A stretch of DNA of 64,000 nt from Marsupella aquatica (taxonomy: Eukaryota; Plantae; Marchantiophyta), in assembly GCA_973895155.1 (NCBI GenBank), contig OZ316893.1, positions 10,173,660-10,237,659 of the forward strand, read 5' to 3'. This document shows, piece by piece, positions 24,353 through 36,800 of this stretch. The translations under genes and the position numbers were made by a program. The first letter of the stretch is position 1, and every line of letters begins with the position of its first letter. The notes beneath the pieces are model-generated. The model did no database searches. It was not told the DNA's origin and saw only the letters and a program-made list of their open reading frames with translations.

Positions 24353-27300
24353 GATACATATTTTTATTTCAATTTGCCTATAGACAAGGTGCATCTTTTA
24401 TTTGTATTATTAGACTTTGAAATTATTTTTGCCCCATCTCAGTATTTTTAATTTTCTTTGTTTTGACAACCTTTTTATCTAGTTTCCAATCTTGCCCTTG
24501 TTAGAATATTTATTTAATTTTTATATTCAAGTTATATTAAATTTACATTTCACACACAAGGGACACCTAAACCCTACCCTATCTTTTCCCAAGAACCTGA
24601 CAAATCAAGGCTGGAGTATCATAATCTAACACTTCAAGATATAAATAATGCCATCCCCGATGCCACCCCACCCCTCACCTAAATTTTAACTACATTTCAC
24701 AGTTTTAGTTCATAAGTTTATGATTTTAAGTAACTTGCGTGTGGCTGACTAATTAAAGTCATCTTGAGTCAAACATGCAAGGCCCACCATGTTTTTAAAG
24801 TGATTCAGAACCTTTTAATTAGAGTTAAACCATTGTCTACTAGAAGAGTGGCATGTGGGGATAAAAGTGAGGCCAACACTTTGCAAGGTCATAAGAACCA
24901 AGGAGAGGGCACAGGTATCGAGTCACTCAAAGCTACTTTATTGTGGCTATAGAAAGGTTCAAAATTAGATAATTTAGCTCGACTCTTAAAAAGAATGATT
25001 AATTATTAATCTCAACATGAGAATCTTTTTAGCATGAAACACTACAAGACAAGTTGCTTTACTTTCATTTTGGAAATCCTCGCACTAACACTATTTACCA
25101 CTATAATTTGTATCCTCCCACCCGTCCTGCCATTTACAAATTAAGGATCTTCAGCTTACAAAACTGAGAAAGGCAGGATCTCCTTGTAGCCATTGGATAT
25201 ATCAGGTGAATAATTAAGATCACTGGATTTATAGAATAATTAAGATCACTGGATTTATAAAATAAAGTTAAGAGACACCATAGACAATAAAGGGAGGGCA
25301 AGGCAACATTTTGAAAGTTGTGACAAGTGCTGAAAAGAGAATTTACCTGGCTGAGAATAAACAGGAGGGGTGATAGTGACCTCACGTGTATGTGCATGTG
25401 GCTCTCCAGATTTCCTGGTTTGAGCTGCATTTTTCTCTCATTGGTCGGCTTCACCTCCTTCATTGGATGGACAAACTAAAATGCAGTACTAGAACTAAGA
25501 GCACTAATACATTGTGTACACATTGACATATTAGTGGTATTTAAATTAGATGCTTACAAGGTAAGTTCAGGATTGCCTCATTGGCTCATTGAGTGACAAT
25601 GTGAGGCGTAATAGTGTCCAGAGGCAGGCAGTTGCTTCTTGGGTTATTTTGGGTATTCCTAGTTTTCTTTCCTTTCTTTTCAGATGCTCTAGTTTGAGCT
25701 CCATCATTCAAAGGAACTAGCCTGAAGTTCAGTACACATTTTGGTCAATGTTTTCAAACTCTGTAGCCAGCAAAAAATAATTGGCAGAAGGGGAATAGGG
25801 CATTTATATACCAGCCTCTATTGTGCTTTCTTTGTCAAAGGACTCATGGTATCCTAATCCCACTTATCAAGGGTGGACTCATAGCCCTCCTCATCTGAAG
25901 TATCAACCCACACTTCCTGAACTCTGGCTTGCCATATGGAAACTATGTATATATGTTATGCTTTGAACAGTATACCAAAAACATTGTGAAAGGCAACTGA
26001 CAGACAAATGTAATATATATTGTGTGCTCTGCTTTGCTGTGGCATGCCATCACCTTAATTATGTGTCATGTAACACGTCTAACATTCATTTGTATAATGA
26101 GAATACATGTAGAACAACAACATTGTTTATGTATAGAAACCATGAGGGTATGATCAGCACATGTACACTCAATAAAAGGGCCAAGAACTCCCTGCTGATT
26201 TATTGGAGCCAAAACTCAACATCTCTCATGCTGCAAAGAAACCACAAAAATTCAGTAGCACCAGTGAGCGGGAAGAAGACGGAAGGTGCATCATGGATTT
26301 TTTTAAGGTCCACTGCTAAGCTGAGATGGCAGCTGACCAAGCAGCGAAAGAAGAATCAGCTGACGGAAGACTACTATGTTTCAACTTTGGAGAAGAGTGA
26401 GTCGTATGTCCCATCCAAGTCAATCCTTGTTAGTCTCATAAAGGTCTTCCACATTCATCCCAAGGAGAAGAAGGGCTGGGGCTGCTTGGTAGACTGACAA
26501 CAGTTTCTTTGAGATGTTGCATATATGGGGGAGCATGTAAGCTCTGCTCCTATCACCATGTTGTCCATCAATGCGTCAAGCATGTCCAGCACTTGCCTAT
26601 GCAATTGCCAGTGGATCAAAAACTGCATGCTTTGCAGGTTGATTCTCATCTATTATAGTTAATTTTTGCAAAGGGAAATGGTGTGTTCTAGTCTTGCCAA
26701 CCTCAAGTGGGTCAGGAGATTAGAGAAGCTATTGTTGCAGATGCCTTGGAGTTTTTGATCGAGGAAGAAGAGGGAAAGTTTGTTGCGGAAAGTGGCACCA
26801 AAAGAAATCAATTTTGACAATGCTTATCCAGACTATATATCCAACTGCCTCTCAAAATTTGTTGAAGATAAAGCATGTAGTATTTTGGCATTTATTCTCA
26901 ATAATAATTATACAAAATAATAATGCAATGTTTCACATAATAGAGAGCTCAGAAATACATAAACAACATTTTAAGATCATAATTAATATAACTAAGGGAA
27001 AGTATGTACCAATTAGAGATCACATCTTACTTATAAAGCGCCAACTACAAGCTAGAGTTGGGGCCTAGGGTTCTAGATTAAAGCCTCTAGACTGTGACTC
27101 CATGGCTCATCATGTGGATGCAAGTGTGGATGGAAAAAATCATGATTGTGATGTATGTCAAATGATAATCATGTATGCTTTTTGTCATGATTTTTATTTA
27201 TATTAAAAAATGACCCCACCATAACATATGTGCATAGAAAAAGAGATTTGCATAGAAAAAAGTAGATAATTATGTTATGTATAATTATTAAAATGCTGAC

Positions 27301-27694
27301 ATGCATGATGGTTTTTTTCCATTTTATTAGTTACCTTTCAATGAATGTAAATAAGGACCATATTTTTGTGACATTTTTATTGTCCACCCTGCTATTCACA
27401 TTCAAAGAACGGGTAGTTGGTGCTAGTTTTCAAAATTATGCAACTGAAGGGCTCCATATTCACCTCATATGTAAATAGTCAACATTTAGGCTCAAAAGAA
27501 TGCTAAATCATACAAAATCATCAACCCAAACCACCAATCCCTTGAAGAAATAACAAGAATGCAACAACCAAAACATATTTTTCATGGCACAAGATCTCTA
27601 TCATTTCCCTTTTGAGTCTTTGGAGGATTCAATGGTGGACAAACAAAACTTTGAAATCAATGTGCGGTCACCTCCACTTGGTGCATAACTACAC

Positions 27695-27981
27695 CTCGGG
27701 GGGTTGACTATCAAAAATCTTAGGAACCACGTGCGATCCAAAATAGGTATTTTTGGCAGATTTTAACTAAATTTTTAAAAAACGTAGAAGGCAAAAGAAG
27801 GTATTATAAACTCATCTTTATAGAATATTCTTTAATATATACCCTTTATAAAGTAAAATAGGTTATTAATATTGAAAATAGAGAATATTCCTGGAATATT
27901 TTCTTTATAAAATAGGTCTATTTATATTAGGCTAGGATTGCACGTGGTACCCCAAAATATACACTTAGTTAACCCCCCGAG
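27695..27981. mobile_element. MITE, subfamily 2, 8-bp TSD
   Basis: CTCGGGGGGTTGACTA...TAGTTAACCCCCCGAG; TSD AACTACAC at 27687-27694 and 27982-27989. Confidence 0.93.
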
Positions 27982-28040
27982 AACTACACCAGCATCCACA
28001 AGATTGCATTTGGTGAACATTTTTCAACTCTTGTTCGCAC

Positions 28041-28320
28041 CTCGGGGGTTAACTAAGTGTATATTTTGGGGTATCACGTGCGATCATACCAAATATACCT
28101 ATTTTATAAAGAAAACTTTCTAAAAATATTCTCCATTTTCAATATTAATAACCTATTTTACTTTATAAAAGGTATATATAAGAAAATATTCTGTAAACAT
28201 GAGTTTATAATACTTTCTTTTGCCTCCTACACTTTTTTAAAATTTGGTTAATTTCTATCAAAAATACATATTTTGGATCGCACGTGGTTCTTAAGATTTT
28301 TGATAGTCAACCCCCCCAAG
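28041..28320. mobile_element. MITE, subfamily 2, inverted relative to 27695-27981
   Basis: CTCGGGGGTTAACTA...TAGTCAACCCCCCCAAG; TSD GTTCGCAC / GTTTGCAC (one CpG-type change). Confidence 0.9.
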
Positions 28321-28975
28321 GTTTGCACAAGGGCACGACTAGGAGGGCACTATCTTTGCTCAACAACATATAAACTTATTTACAACAACAAAGTGTTGTC
28401 AATTTGCTTTAATCCACATTAGACAATATGGAATTTGAGAAATTTCATGGTGCATTGTCTCAAGCTGGCAAATGATATCACTCAGAAAATTTGTCAACAT
28501 TCTTCTTCTCATGCAAGCTCTCGTGCCCGCTCTCGTGCAGCTTGAAAGATTGTTGACTTGAATGGTCCAGCCAGTGTTCTCATACACATCAACCATGAAA
28601 ATTTGGAACCAGCCGATACATATGACAATTGTTCACGTCTAAGATTGGGCCGTGACTGCATTGCTCCGCTCCGCTCCCACAAACCAAACCATCGCCAATC
28701 CCATGCCCAATAAACTTTTGGGACCAGTGGAGATAAGACACAAAATTACAAGCATATACTACTCTGGAATTGGCCCAATGATGTTATCTGACCGCTCATT
28801 CTCAAGGGTTGACATAACAGGAACTATAGCAGGAACAATAGGAACAAGCAACTTACACAAGAAAATGCAACAAAAAATATCAAGAAGCAAAGTAATTAAA
28901 ACACAATGAGAACAAAATAGGTTCCCAATGGGTTCCATCAAGCGCAGGCACATTTGAATTTTGAAAATTACTCTA

Positions 28976-28980
<5 letters not shown>

Positions 28981-29010
<30 letters not shown>
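28981..29010. repeat. (TA)n microsatellite abutting a repeat terminus
   Basis: TA run immediately followed by GTGGTGGACC. Confidence 0.95.
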
Positions 29011-29013
<3 letters not shown>

Positions 29014-30370
29014 GTGGACCTAGCCACCCAACGCCCTCACCAAACGCAATAGTTACTCTTGCTTGAGCACCCTTGGTACCCAAATGCCTCCATCAAACTC
29101 CACAAGCCAGCAACTTGATGCCTCTATCACCGCCAATGGAAAGTGAACTCCCATACAAAACCACATCACTATAATTGCTCAACGGCCTTGATCTACATAA
29201 TTATGCATAAGCAATGAACCCCATTGGTAATTAAGTAACCCGCCTTGATCTTGGATCTCAAAACCATTGTCTTCACTCAAGCTCACCAGTTATTGGTACG
29301 TAAATTAGCGGATAGAGCCTCCCAGGGCCCCATGGCCTTGGCATAAGCTGAAGCCAAGGTTGGCACCCGCTGTTTGCCAAGAACATTGCCTTGATCAGGT
29401 GTCACCTGAGCTTCCTCACTTTCTACCAGTCACCAGCTGGTCGCCTTGCTTCCAAGGCATGCCATATATGGCCCAATGCTAGCTTGTCCCAAAGCTTGTC
29501 CTACCATCTTCCCCCAAACACAACGCCCAGGCACTCTCTCCCGCTACATTTGAAGTTGAAGCAAAATTGAACAAAAAAACAGTTGTCCACAGTTTCTGCA
29601 GCATCTGTAGCAATAGTCATAACAATTTTTGGAGCAAAAGCTCAGACACACATACTCGACTGAAAAGGCACTCGACAACTTTATTTCCTTGAAAGACTCC
29701 TTACATGAATATGCATACGCACAAAATTAGAAATCAGATCAATAACAATGAATCTCTAAACTCCTATTCTTACTTATCTCCTACAATTGGTTCATCAAAT
29801 TTGTGACAGGCTTTTCTTTTGGCAATAGGACAAAGATCATGATCCTCTTAGCTCTCTTGTGTAATTTCAGAGTCTGAATTACCTACATATTCCCAAACAC
29901 TTTCTTTAAGACCTCAGTTATGTATATGACTTTTATTTGTGCTTACACCATAAATTAATTTCCTAACCTTGTACACAACGCCTAAACTGAAACACAATTT
30001 CAAACTCAAACACAATGCCATTTTTTGAACACAACGCCATTTTTCAAACATAACGCTGCAAGTTAAAAAAATTGAATAAAAGCCATATGACAAAATTTGA
30101 ACACAATGCCTAGTAAGGGCGCTATATTCAAATATAGCGCCTCCTAGCCCACTACTCGAATATAGCGCCTGGGCGTTGTGTTCTGGGGACGATAGTAGGA
30201 AGCTTGTCTCAAATGCTGGGACTAGTCAAATGGCCCGACCTCCAATGACCAACTCCATGACTCTAACTCAACCAAGAGTCTAAGCACAAGATGCACTTGG
30301 ACCTCAACACCCGTGCCTACTCTGCGTTGCCTCCCTAATGTACCCAAGAAGTCCTCTAACATACTTCCCA
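29010..30370. repeat. Dispersed LTR-like repeat, copy 2, interrupted by a 700-bp TIR element
   Basis: begins AGTGGTGGACCTA like 48341; shares AACTCCACAAG-x-x-AGCAACTTG-x-TGCCTCTATCACC and AAGATGCACTTGGACCTCAACA. Confidence 0.8.
29500..30199. mobile_element. Non-autonomous TIR element (700 bp), 8-bp TSD
   Basis: ~35-bp imperfect TIR CCTAC(C/T)ATC(T/G)TCCCC...AACACAACGCCCAGGC; TSD AAGCTTGT at 29492-29499 and 30200-30207; uninterrupted site in the paralog near 48821. Confidence 0.9.
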
Positions 30371-30374
30371 TAAT

Positions 30375-30674
30375 CTCGGGGGTCTCAGTATATGGGGACC
30401 TCCCCATCACCTGCGACATTTTTAGGCATTGGACCCCCCAAAATGTAAGAAAACATTTTATTTTTTAACTCCTGTAAAGTTGGAATATTCTTGGAATATT
30501 CTAAAAATTGGATTAAAAAGACCCTAATGTTCTTATAAGTCTCAAAATTGAATTTAAAAGACCCTAGCTATTGTTCTTCTAAAAAAATTCTTAAGTTTTC
30601 CCTTAGAACCAATAAAATGACCCTATCCTCCGTCGCACGTGATATGCCATTTTTGTGGAAATGAAACCCCCAAG
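30375..30674. mobile_element. MITE, subfamily 1, inverted relative to 23459-23755
   Basis: CTCGGGGGTCTCA...TGAAACCCCCAAG; TSD CCCATAAT at 30367-30374 and 30675-30682. Confidence 0.93.
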
Positions 30675-31434
30675 CCCATAATTTGATGAGATTGATATCA
30701 TTTGTCATCTACGTGTTTCAAATTCTCATCTATGCTCTGATTTCTCATCTTTTGCTCTCATCTACTTCTATTTCCTTCTCCACATATTTTCTCTCATCCA
30801 CATTTTTTATTAACTCAACACCTTTCTCACCTTGATGTCTTTTTCTCACCTCGACAACTTTTTTAACCTTGAGAGCTATTTACCTTGATATATTTTTCTT
30901 TCAACATCTTTTCTCACCTTGACATCTTTTGTACAATGCAGGGACATCGGGTAGTTAGATATATTATTGCGCTTTTGATATATCCAGGTAAGATAGTACT
31001 AAAATTATCTGGGCAAGGTTCCTTAAAGTTGGAGCAACCTTACTGTTTTTATGCTGCTATATGATGTAAGACAAATACACATTTCAATATTTTATCAATA
31101 TATATGCTGTAAGAAAAATACACATTTCAATAGTGTTTGTTGTGAATTTTTATTTTAATGTGCCTTAAAAAGGTGAATCATTTGTATTATTTAAAATTTA
31201 GATTTATTTAGGCACAACTAGTAATGTTTTTAATCTTTGCTATCGTATAGATCTTCTTCTCAGTAATTTTGGATTTTTCAATATTGTACATCCAATGCCT
31301 TTAGCAAAATTCAATGAATTTTTATCGCTTGAGGGAGAATTATTTTACTCATGAAATGATTCTAAATATTAGCAACACCCATGTTTTAAGTTCTACTCAT
31401 GTTTTAGAACTACAAGCCCGAATGGACTGGTAGG

Positions 31435-32490
31435 TTGTCTATGAAACCCCCATGGACAAACCAAACTTGGATGGACTTGACAAGTGTATAACATAATATC
31501 CAAGCATATATGTGTGTTTGAGTCAAGTCCATCCAAGTTTGGTTTGTCCATGGGGGTTTCATACACTTGTCAAGTCCATGGGGGTTTCATACACTTGTCA
31601 AGTCCATCCAAAAGTACTACGTCAAAGCACCATCTCTATCCATTTTTGTCCAAAGGGTACCATGGACCATCATTGATTGCAAGCCTAGTTGTATTCTCTT
31701 AATATTCTATTCCCTCAAACTAGTCACTTTAACCATTTTCTTAGAGGTCAATAAAAAACATTAAATATGTAAGGTATGTTTAGATATTTGACATAGGCCT
31801 TATCTGGCCTTTATGGTAAATAAACTTATGTGTAGACAAAGCTCTTCGCAATTTACTCATAGCGCCTCAAGTAGTTTGTTCAATGAGCAAAAATAAAATT
31901 AATTCATTTTTTTGAAGAATATTTTTATGTTTATAGTAGATCATAAAACTCCCACAAAAGGGGGAAACAAGCACCGCAATGACACGTGAACCAATATAAC
32001 AATTTTCACTAGGGAAGCAAGGGACAAATCTTGATTTTCGTAGAGAATTGCTCTTGAGATGGAATACTATTTTCCATAGAGTGTTGCCCTTGTGTTAAGG
32101 AGGGGTTTGACTTATTTTGTTGCAGCAAAGCTACGTCAGATTTTAATCTAAGAGGGTATTGTTGAGAAATCTTACTTTTCAGACAGCGTTGCTTTGGTTA
32201 CAATAAGGGCTTTGAGTACTTTGCCATCTCAAAGGTCTCAAAAATTTCAAATGCACTACTAGCTATACACCTAAATTATTTCATTTCATACATGTTTTCA
32301 GATCACTTTTATGTGCACAAAGTTTCTTAACCTAATTAAAATGTAGGTAAACAACTAATGAAAACATTTATTCCCTAGATTTTCTCATCATGAGGTGTAA
32401 GATGCTCAGTTTATGTGTCACAGTCCATGGAAATGTTGGGAGACAACCTCCAGGTCCATCAGGGCTTAGGTTCCCATGTTTTAAGATCTA
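31435..32490. repeat. ~1.1-kb degenerate dispersed repeat, homologous to ~56400-57530
   Basis: collinear blocks such as CCTTTATGGTAAAT, CTCATAGCG-x-CTCAAGTA, TTTAATCTAAGAG-x-GTATTGTTGAGA. Confidence 0.8.
31440..31563. repeat. Perfect 42-bp inverted repeat with 40-nt loop
   Basis: 31440-31481 is the exact reverse complement of 31522-31563. Confidence 0.95.
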
Positions 32491-33816
32491 CTCGTGATTT
32501 TATTTTGATTGAATTAACTACTATACGTAAGTTTCTGTTTTGATTATTAATTTGAGCGTCACGCAAGTGAGGACCTGTATTTCTGTTACAGCTTTTCAGT
32601 ACGTTTGTACTTTTTTTAATTCATTGAGGCCAGTGAGTATCTATCTGTACCTTATGCGCACAATTCTACTTGTACTTTCACTGGTCATAAGTTTTGCATG
32701 CAAGTGTGTGGAGACTTTGAGTGCTTCGTACGTGTATTAACACAGATAGGCCAAATAAAAAATGGAAGGAAAAGCATCACTAGGAGTAAAAAACTTTCAA
32801 ATAACACAGAATATAGCATATGCGAACTAATGATAATAAGTAACATAAAGAACGTGCAACAGCAGGAATATTCGAGTCGTATCCAATGAGTCGTAAAATG
32901 AACGTGACTCGACTTGTATTTAGCTTTTTCCAGGGTGAATATAGCTTGACAATCAATTGAACCTAGTCCTGATTCAGATACGGACAGAACCACCCAGAAA
33001 CAGAGTGCTTTGTTAGAAGTCACTAGGAATTTTTGGTTTTGCAGAAGAGACAGCCTCAATAATGAGAGGTTGGAGTTCACAACTCTACCTCAATTTCATA
33101 AGTCAATGTGTGCCTCAGTGCAAGAATTCAAGGATCCTCGTTTTCACAGGAGTTTCATGAGCCGATGTGTGCTTCACTACAAAATTTGAGGTTACTCGCT
33201 TTTTCCCACGCTTAACAACGATAACGATGATCACTTTTCATTCCACCCCTTCATTTCACTAAAGAATAAATCTTTAGTAACGCATAAATCTACCAAACCA
33301 GACTCTATGATCCCGATTTTGGCTGGACATCATCACTGCAGCACGTGCTGTATAGGTGCATGTGAGAGCGTACCTAGCAGTCACACAAATGGAGAGGCCC
33401 TCGAAGTCTCGAACTCCTCACTAGAACGGTCTCGATCTCCGAGCGATCCCCACCAGATTCTTGCCTTCTTCAGCGGGTTGATCCAGATGGACTACTGCCA
33501 TGCTTTTACAGAACAGCGTATATATTTAGTTTGGAAGGCTGCCTGTCCTCCCAGCCCGATTCAGCGCATTCCTTCTGTAAGATTTGTAGATCGACAGGCA
33601 CCCAAGAGCAGATGACAAGCTTGATACTTCAGTTTCATACAGCTTATATCTCGAGATTGCATTCACCCCTTAGGTCTCTAGAGCAGATCCCGAGAGAGAG
33701 TTGGAGAGGGGCAGAGAAGCTCGATATTTCTGTTTGACCAGCTCATCGGTGGAACTGCATTCAAATCCGTCGGCATACGTACTTGCAAAGTGGAGAGAGA
33801 GAGAGAGAGAGGAACC

Positions 33817-36800
33817 ATGGGTGCGGAGAACGTGTATTCGAATGCCGGAGAGAAGAAGGGCAAGCAGGCGCATGTGCTGTTCGTGACCATAGCATATCCG
33901 GGTCACTTCGCTCCCAAGGTGCAGTTGCTGTATCATCTGGAAGCAAAGTATCCGGGGTTGACAGTGACTGTGTGGGCAAACAAGGACCGAATCGCAGATC
34001 TGCAGAAGCTGCAGCTCAAGGGTGACCTGAAGGGCCTCGACCTGCGCTTGGAAGAAGCTTTCGGCGAGATTCCTGTGTACACTGCGGACCCCAAATTCCC
34101 AGTTCGGTCGGCCACCACCAGCCCCAAATGCTTCGAGGATTGCCAGCCATTCAGGGAAAAGCTGGTCGCGCAAAAGGATGCTCCTGGCGGACCTACGGCA
34201 ATCGTTGCTGATATGTTTCAGCACTGGTCCAAGGTGGGTTTTCCAAAGCGTAAAGCCCTCTGTCATATCATATCAATATGTTCTACTTGCACATCATCCA
34301 GCTTAGCAGTGGTCCAAGGTTGGTTTCCTGACACTCGAAAGCCCCCAGGCTAATTCTGTCCAAGTCCTCATATATACCACATTCCTATACATATTCTGGG
34401 TCCGCATCTAACCTGCATGATATGCGGGCAAAGTTTCCTTTCTTGGGATCGAGGGAGTGTAACTTGTTCATTGCTTCAAAAGAAGGAAGTTCCGGTAGTT
34501 GAACTCACGGCCAAGGGTGATTCTTAGCTGCAGACCGGACGTATGTATGTTATCGTAAAGGGGCCCATTAGTTAATGTGCAGTGCCGATTTCTTAATTGC
34601 ATTCTGAGAACATCGCTTCCGAGATAGAGTAAACCATTTCGAAACTCACCTTGGAGAGGTGTTGTTGATCGTCACGGCCTTTCATAGTATTTTCCTAAAT
34701 TTCTTTGATCGTTTGATTCTCCGCCTTTGGCTAGCCATGAGAATTAGGTTCAGCTACGCAACTTATCGAGCTTGACCGTGGAGCATGTTTGTTTCATGGA
34801 TGCAGGGATTAGCGGACGAGTTAGGTGTTCCTTGGTACACATACTTCTCGACCGGACCTTTATTCCTCGTGAATGTTGTGCACCGTTCTGCCATGATGGA
34901 AGCCGGGATACATCCACTGACATCACCGAATTTGAATGACCTCCTGGAACCCACTTTCCCGGGACTCCCATCCGTTCGCATTCGAGATCTCACAGAAGAG
35001 GTATTTTTCTTTGAGGAGTTCTATAAGGAAGTTATAGACCGGACCAAACGGGCCTCAGCAATTTTACTAAATACCTCAGAAGAGCTGGATTCACTGGGAG
35101 GATCGATTACTACAGTGAGGAAACTCTGGCCCTCGACCAGGATTTTGCCCATCGGCCCTTCCCTGCAGTATCCCGGGTTCGGTAAAGTTTACACTTCCAA
35201 CGTGACCTTCAGCAATTGTTTACAATGGTTAGACACTCAGGCAAAGAACACCGTCCTCTACGTGGCATTTGGAAGCTTGGGAGCAATTCAAAAGGAGTCC
35301 ATTATGGAGTTGGCAGCTGGGCTTGAAGCGAGTGGAGTGCCATTTCTGTGGGCTCTCAGGGTACCTGCAACATTGACTTTGTCCGAGTGGCTTCCTGAAG
35401 AATTTCTAGAGCGAACTAAAGGGCAGGGCATCATCGAAACAGGTTGGGCTCCTCAGGTCAGGATCTTAGCTCATCCTTCCACTGGTGGCTTCTTGTCTCA
35501 CAGCGGGTGGAACTCAACGCTGGAGAGCCTTTGCGCGGGTGTGCCTCTCATTTCCTGGCCTCTGTCAGCGGAGCAACCCATGAACGCCAGGTCAGTCTTC
35601 TACTCTTTAGTCTACTGATCTACTCGTTGCTTGGTTACACCCCCTCCCACCATTATTTCATTTTCTTGTTTGTCTTGAAAATTCAATCACATCGCAAGAT
35701 GTGAACAGCACAGCATACACCCCCGGATGGTCGTTAATTACTGTGCCAAAGCGAACCGAAAGGCAAGGAACCAGGCGAAGGTCGCCGCAATATTATGATG
35801 ACTGATCGTTCTTGGGAAGTACATTGAAGTACATTGTCGGGTTGGCGCCGATGTCTTGTATTGGCAGCCAATTCATCGGAAGATCATGCCCACCGCAGCA
35901 ACAGAATTAGTGAACCACAAAACTGGATTTTTCAAGAGGTTATACCGGATTTTCTTGACTTGAAGTTTTAGCCTAACACTAGGGTCCGAGCTGGTCTAGC
36001 CTGGTCTCGCTGGTCTTCGGAAAGTCTGCACCAATTGACAGAATTGGGCCCAAGCCATCGGAAGTCGGCAAAATGTTGGCATGACTCACAGCCACAAATC
36101 TCGTCGTCCAATTGAGCCCCAACCTGCCATAGCGTGGCCAGTCACTACCAGCCACGATGAGACGAAATTACAAACGTGACGCGCGTGCCTTAGAGAAAAA
36201 ATCTAAAGAAAAACGCAGTCGACCTATATGTGAGCTTCTACCTCGCGATCTACCTGACATTGTACGTACGAATCAGATCCGGTGGCCTGACCTCAATGAA
36301 GGGTTCGACTGCTTGGAAAAGCCCTGAGAAGTTCTCCTAGTGCCTTATGGCCTGGTTACGCATGTTCTTGCCTCCGACCAGTCCCGGGAAACTTCTCAGG
36401 ATGAAATAGTGAAACTGAAAGGCAATGCAAGAGGAAAGAATAGGAAATACTGAGAGGCAGTCCCGTGAGGCCGTGACCATCCTTTGCGTTAAACGGGGAA
36501 AGTGAACGCAGTCGAATCAAGATACACGTTTGAAAGACTCTGAGCGGTGAAAAACTTTCAGAGTGCATTTTAACTCTGAGCCCTTCACTATATAGGTGAT
36601 TAGAACGAGTCGACCTGACAACTGGAGCAAGTGGTACGTACGTGTGGCTCTCTTTATGATGTACGTGATTGCAATGAGTGCACGGTCCTAACAGGAAGGT
36701 GTGATCTGGGTCTGAGCCAGCTTTTGCACTCGCAGATTTCACCGATCGCTGCCATTTAAGACTCCTACTTTCCAAGTAAAATAATTTAGATCCTCAACAT

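Noticed and set aside
26024-26820. 157-aa ORF and downstream protein-like stretch (QEIREAIVADALEFLIEEE)
   Set aside because: No recognisable domain or consistent frame; possibly a relic but unsupported.
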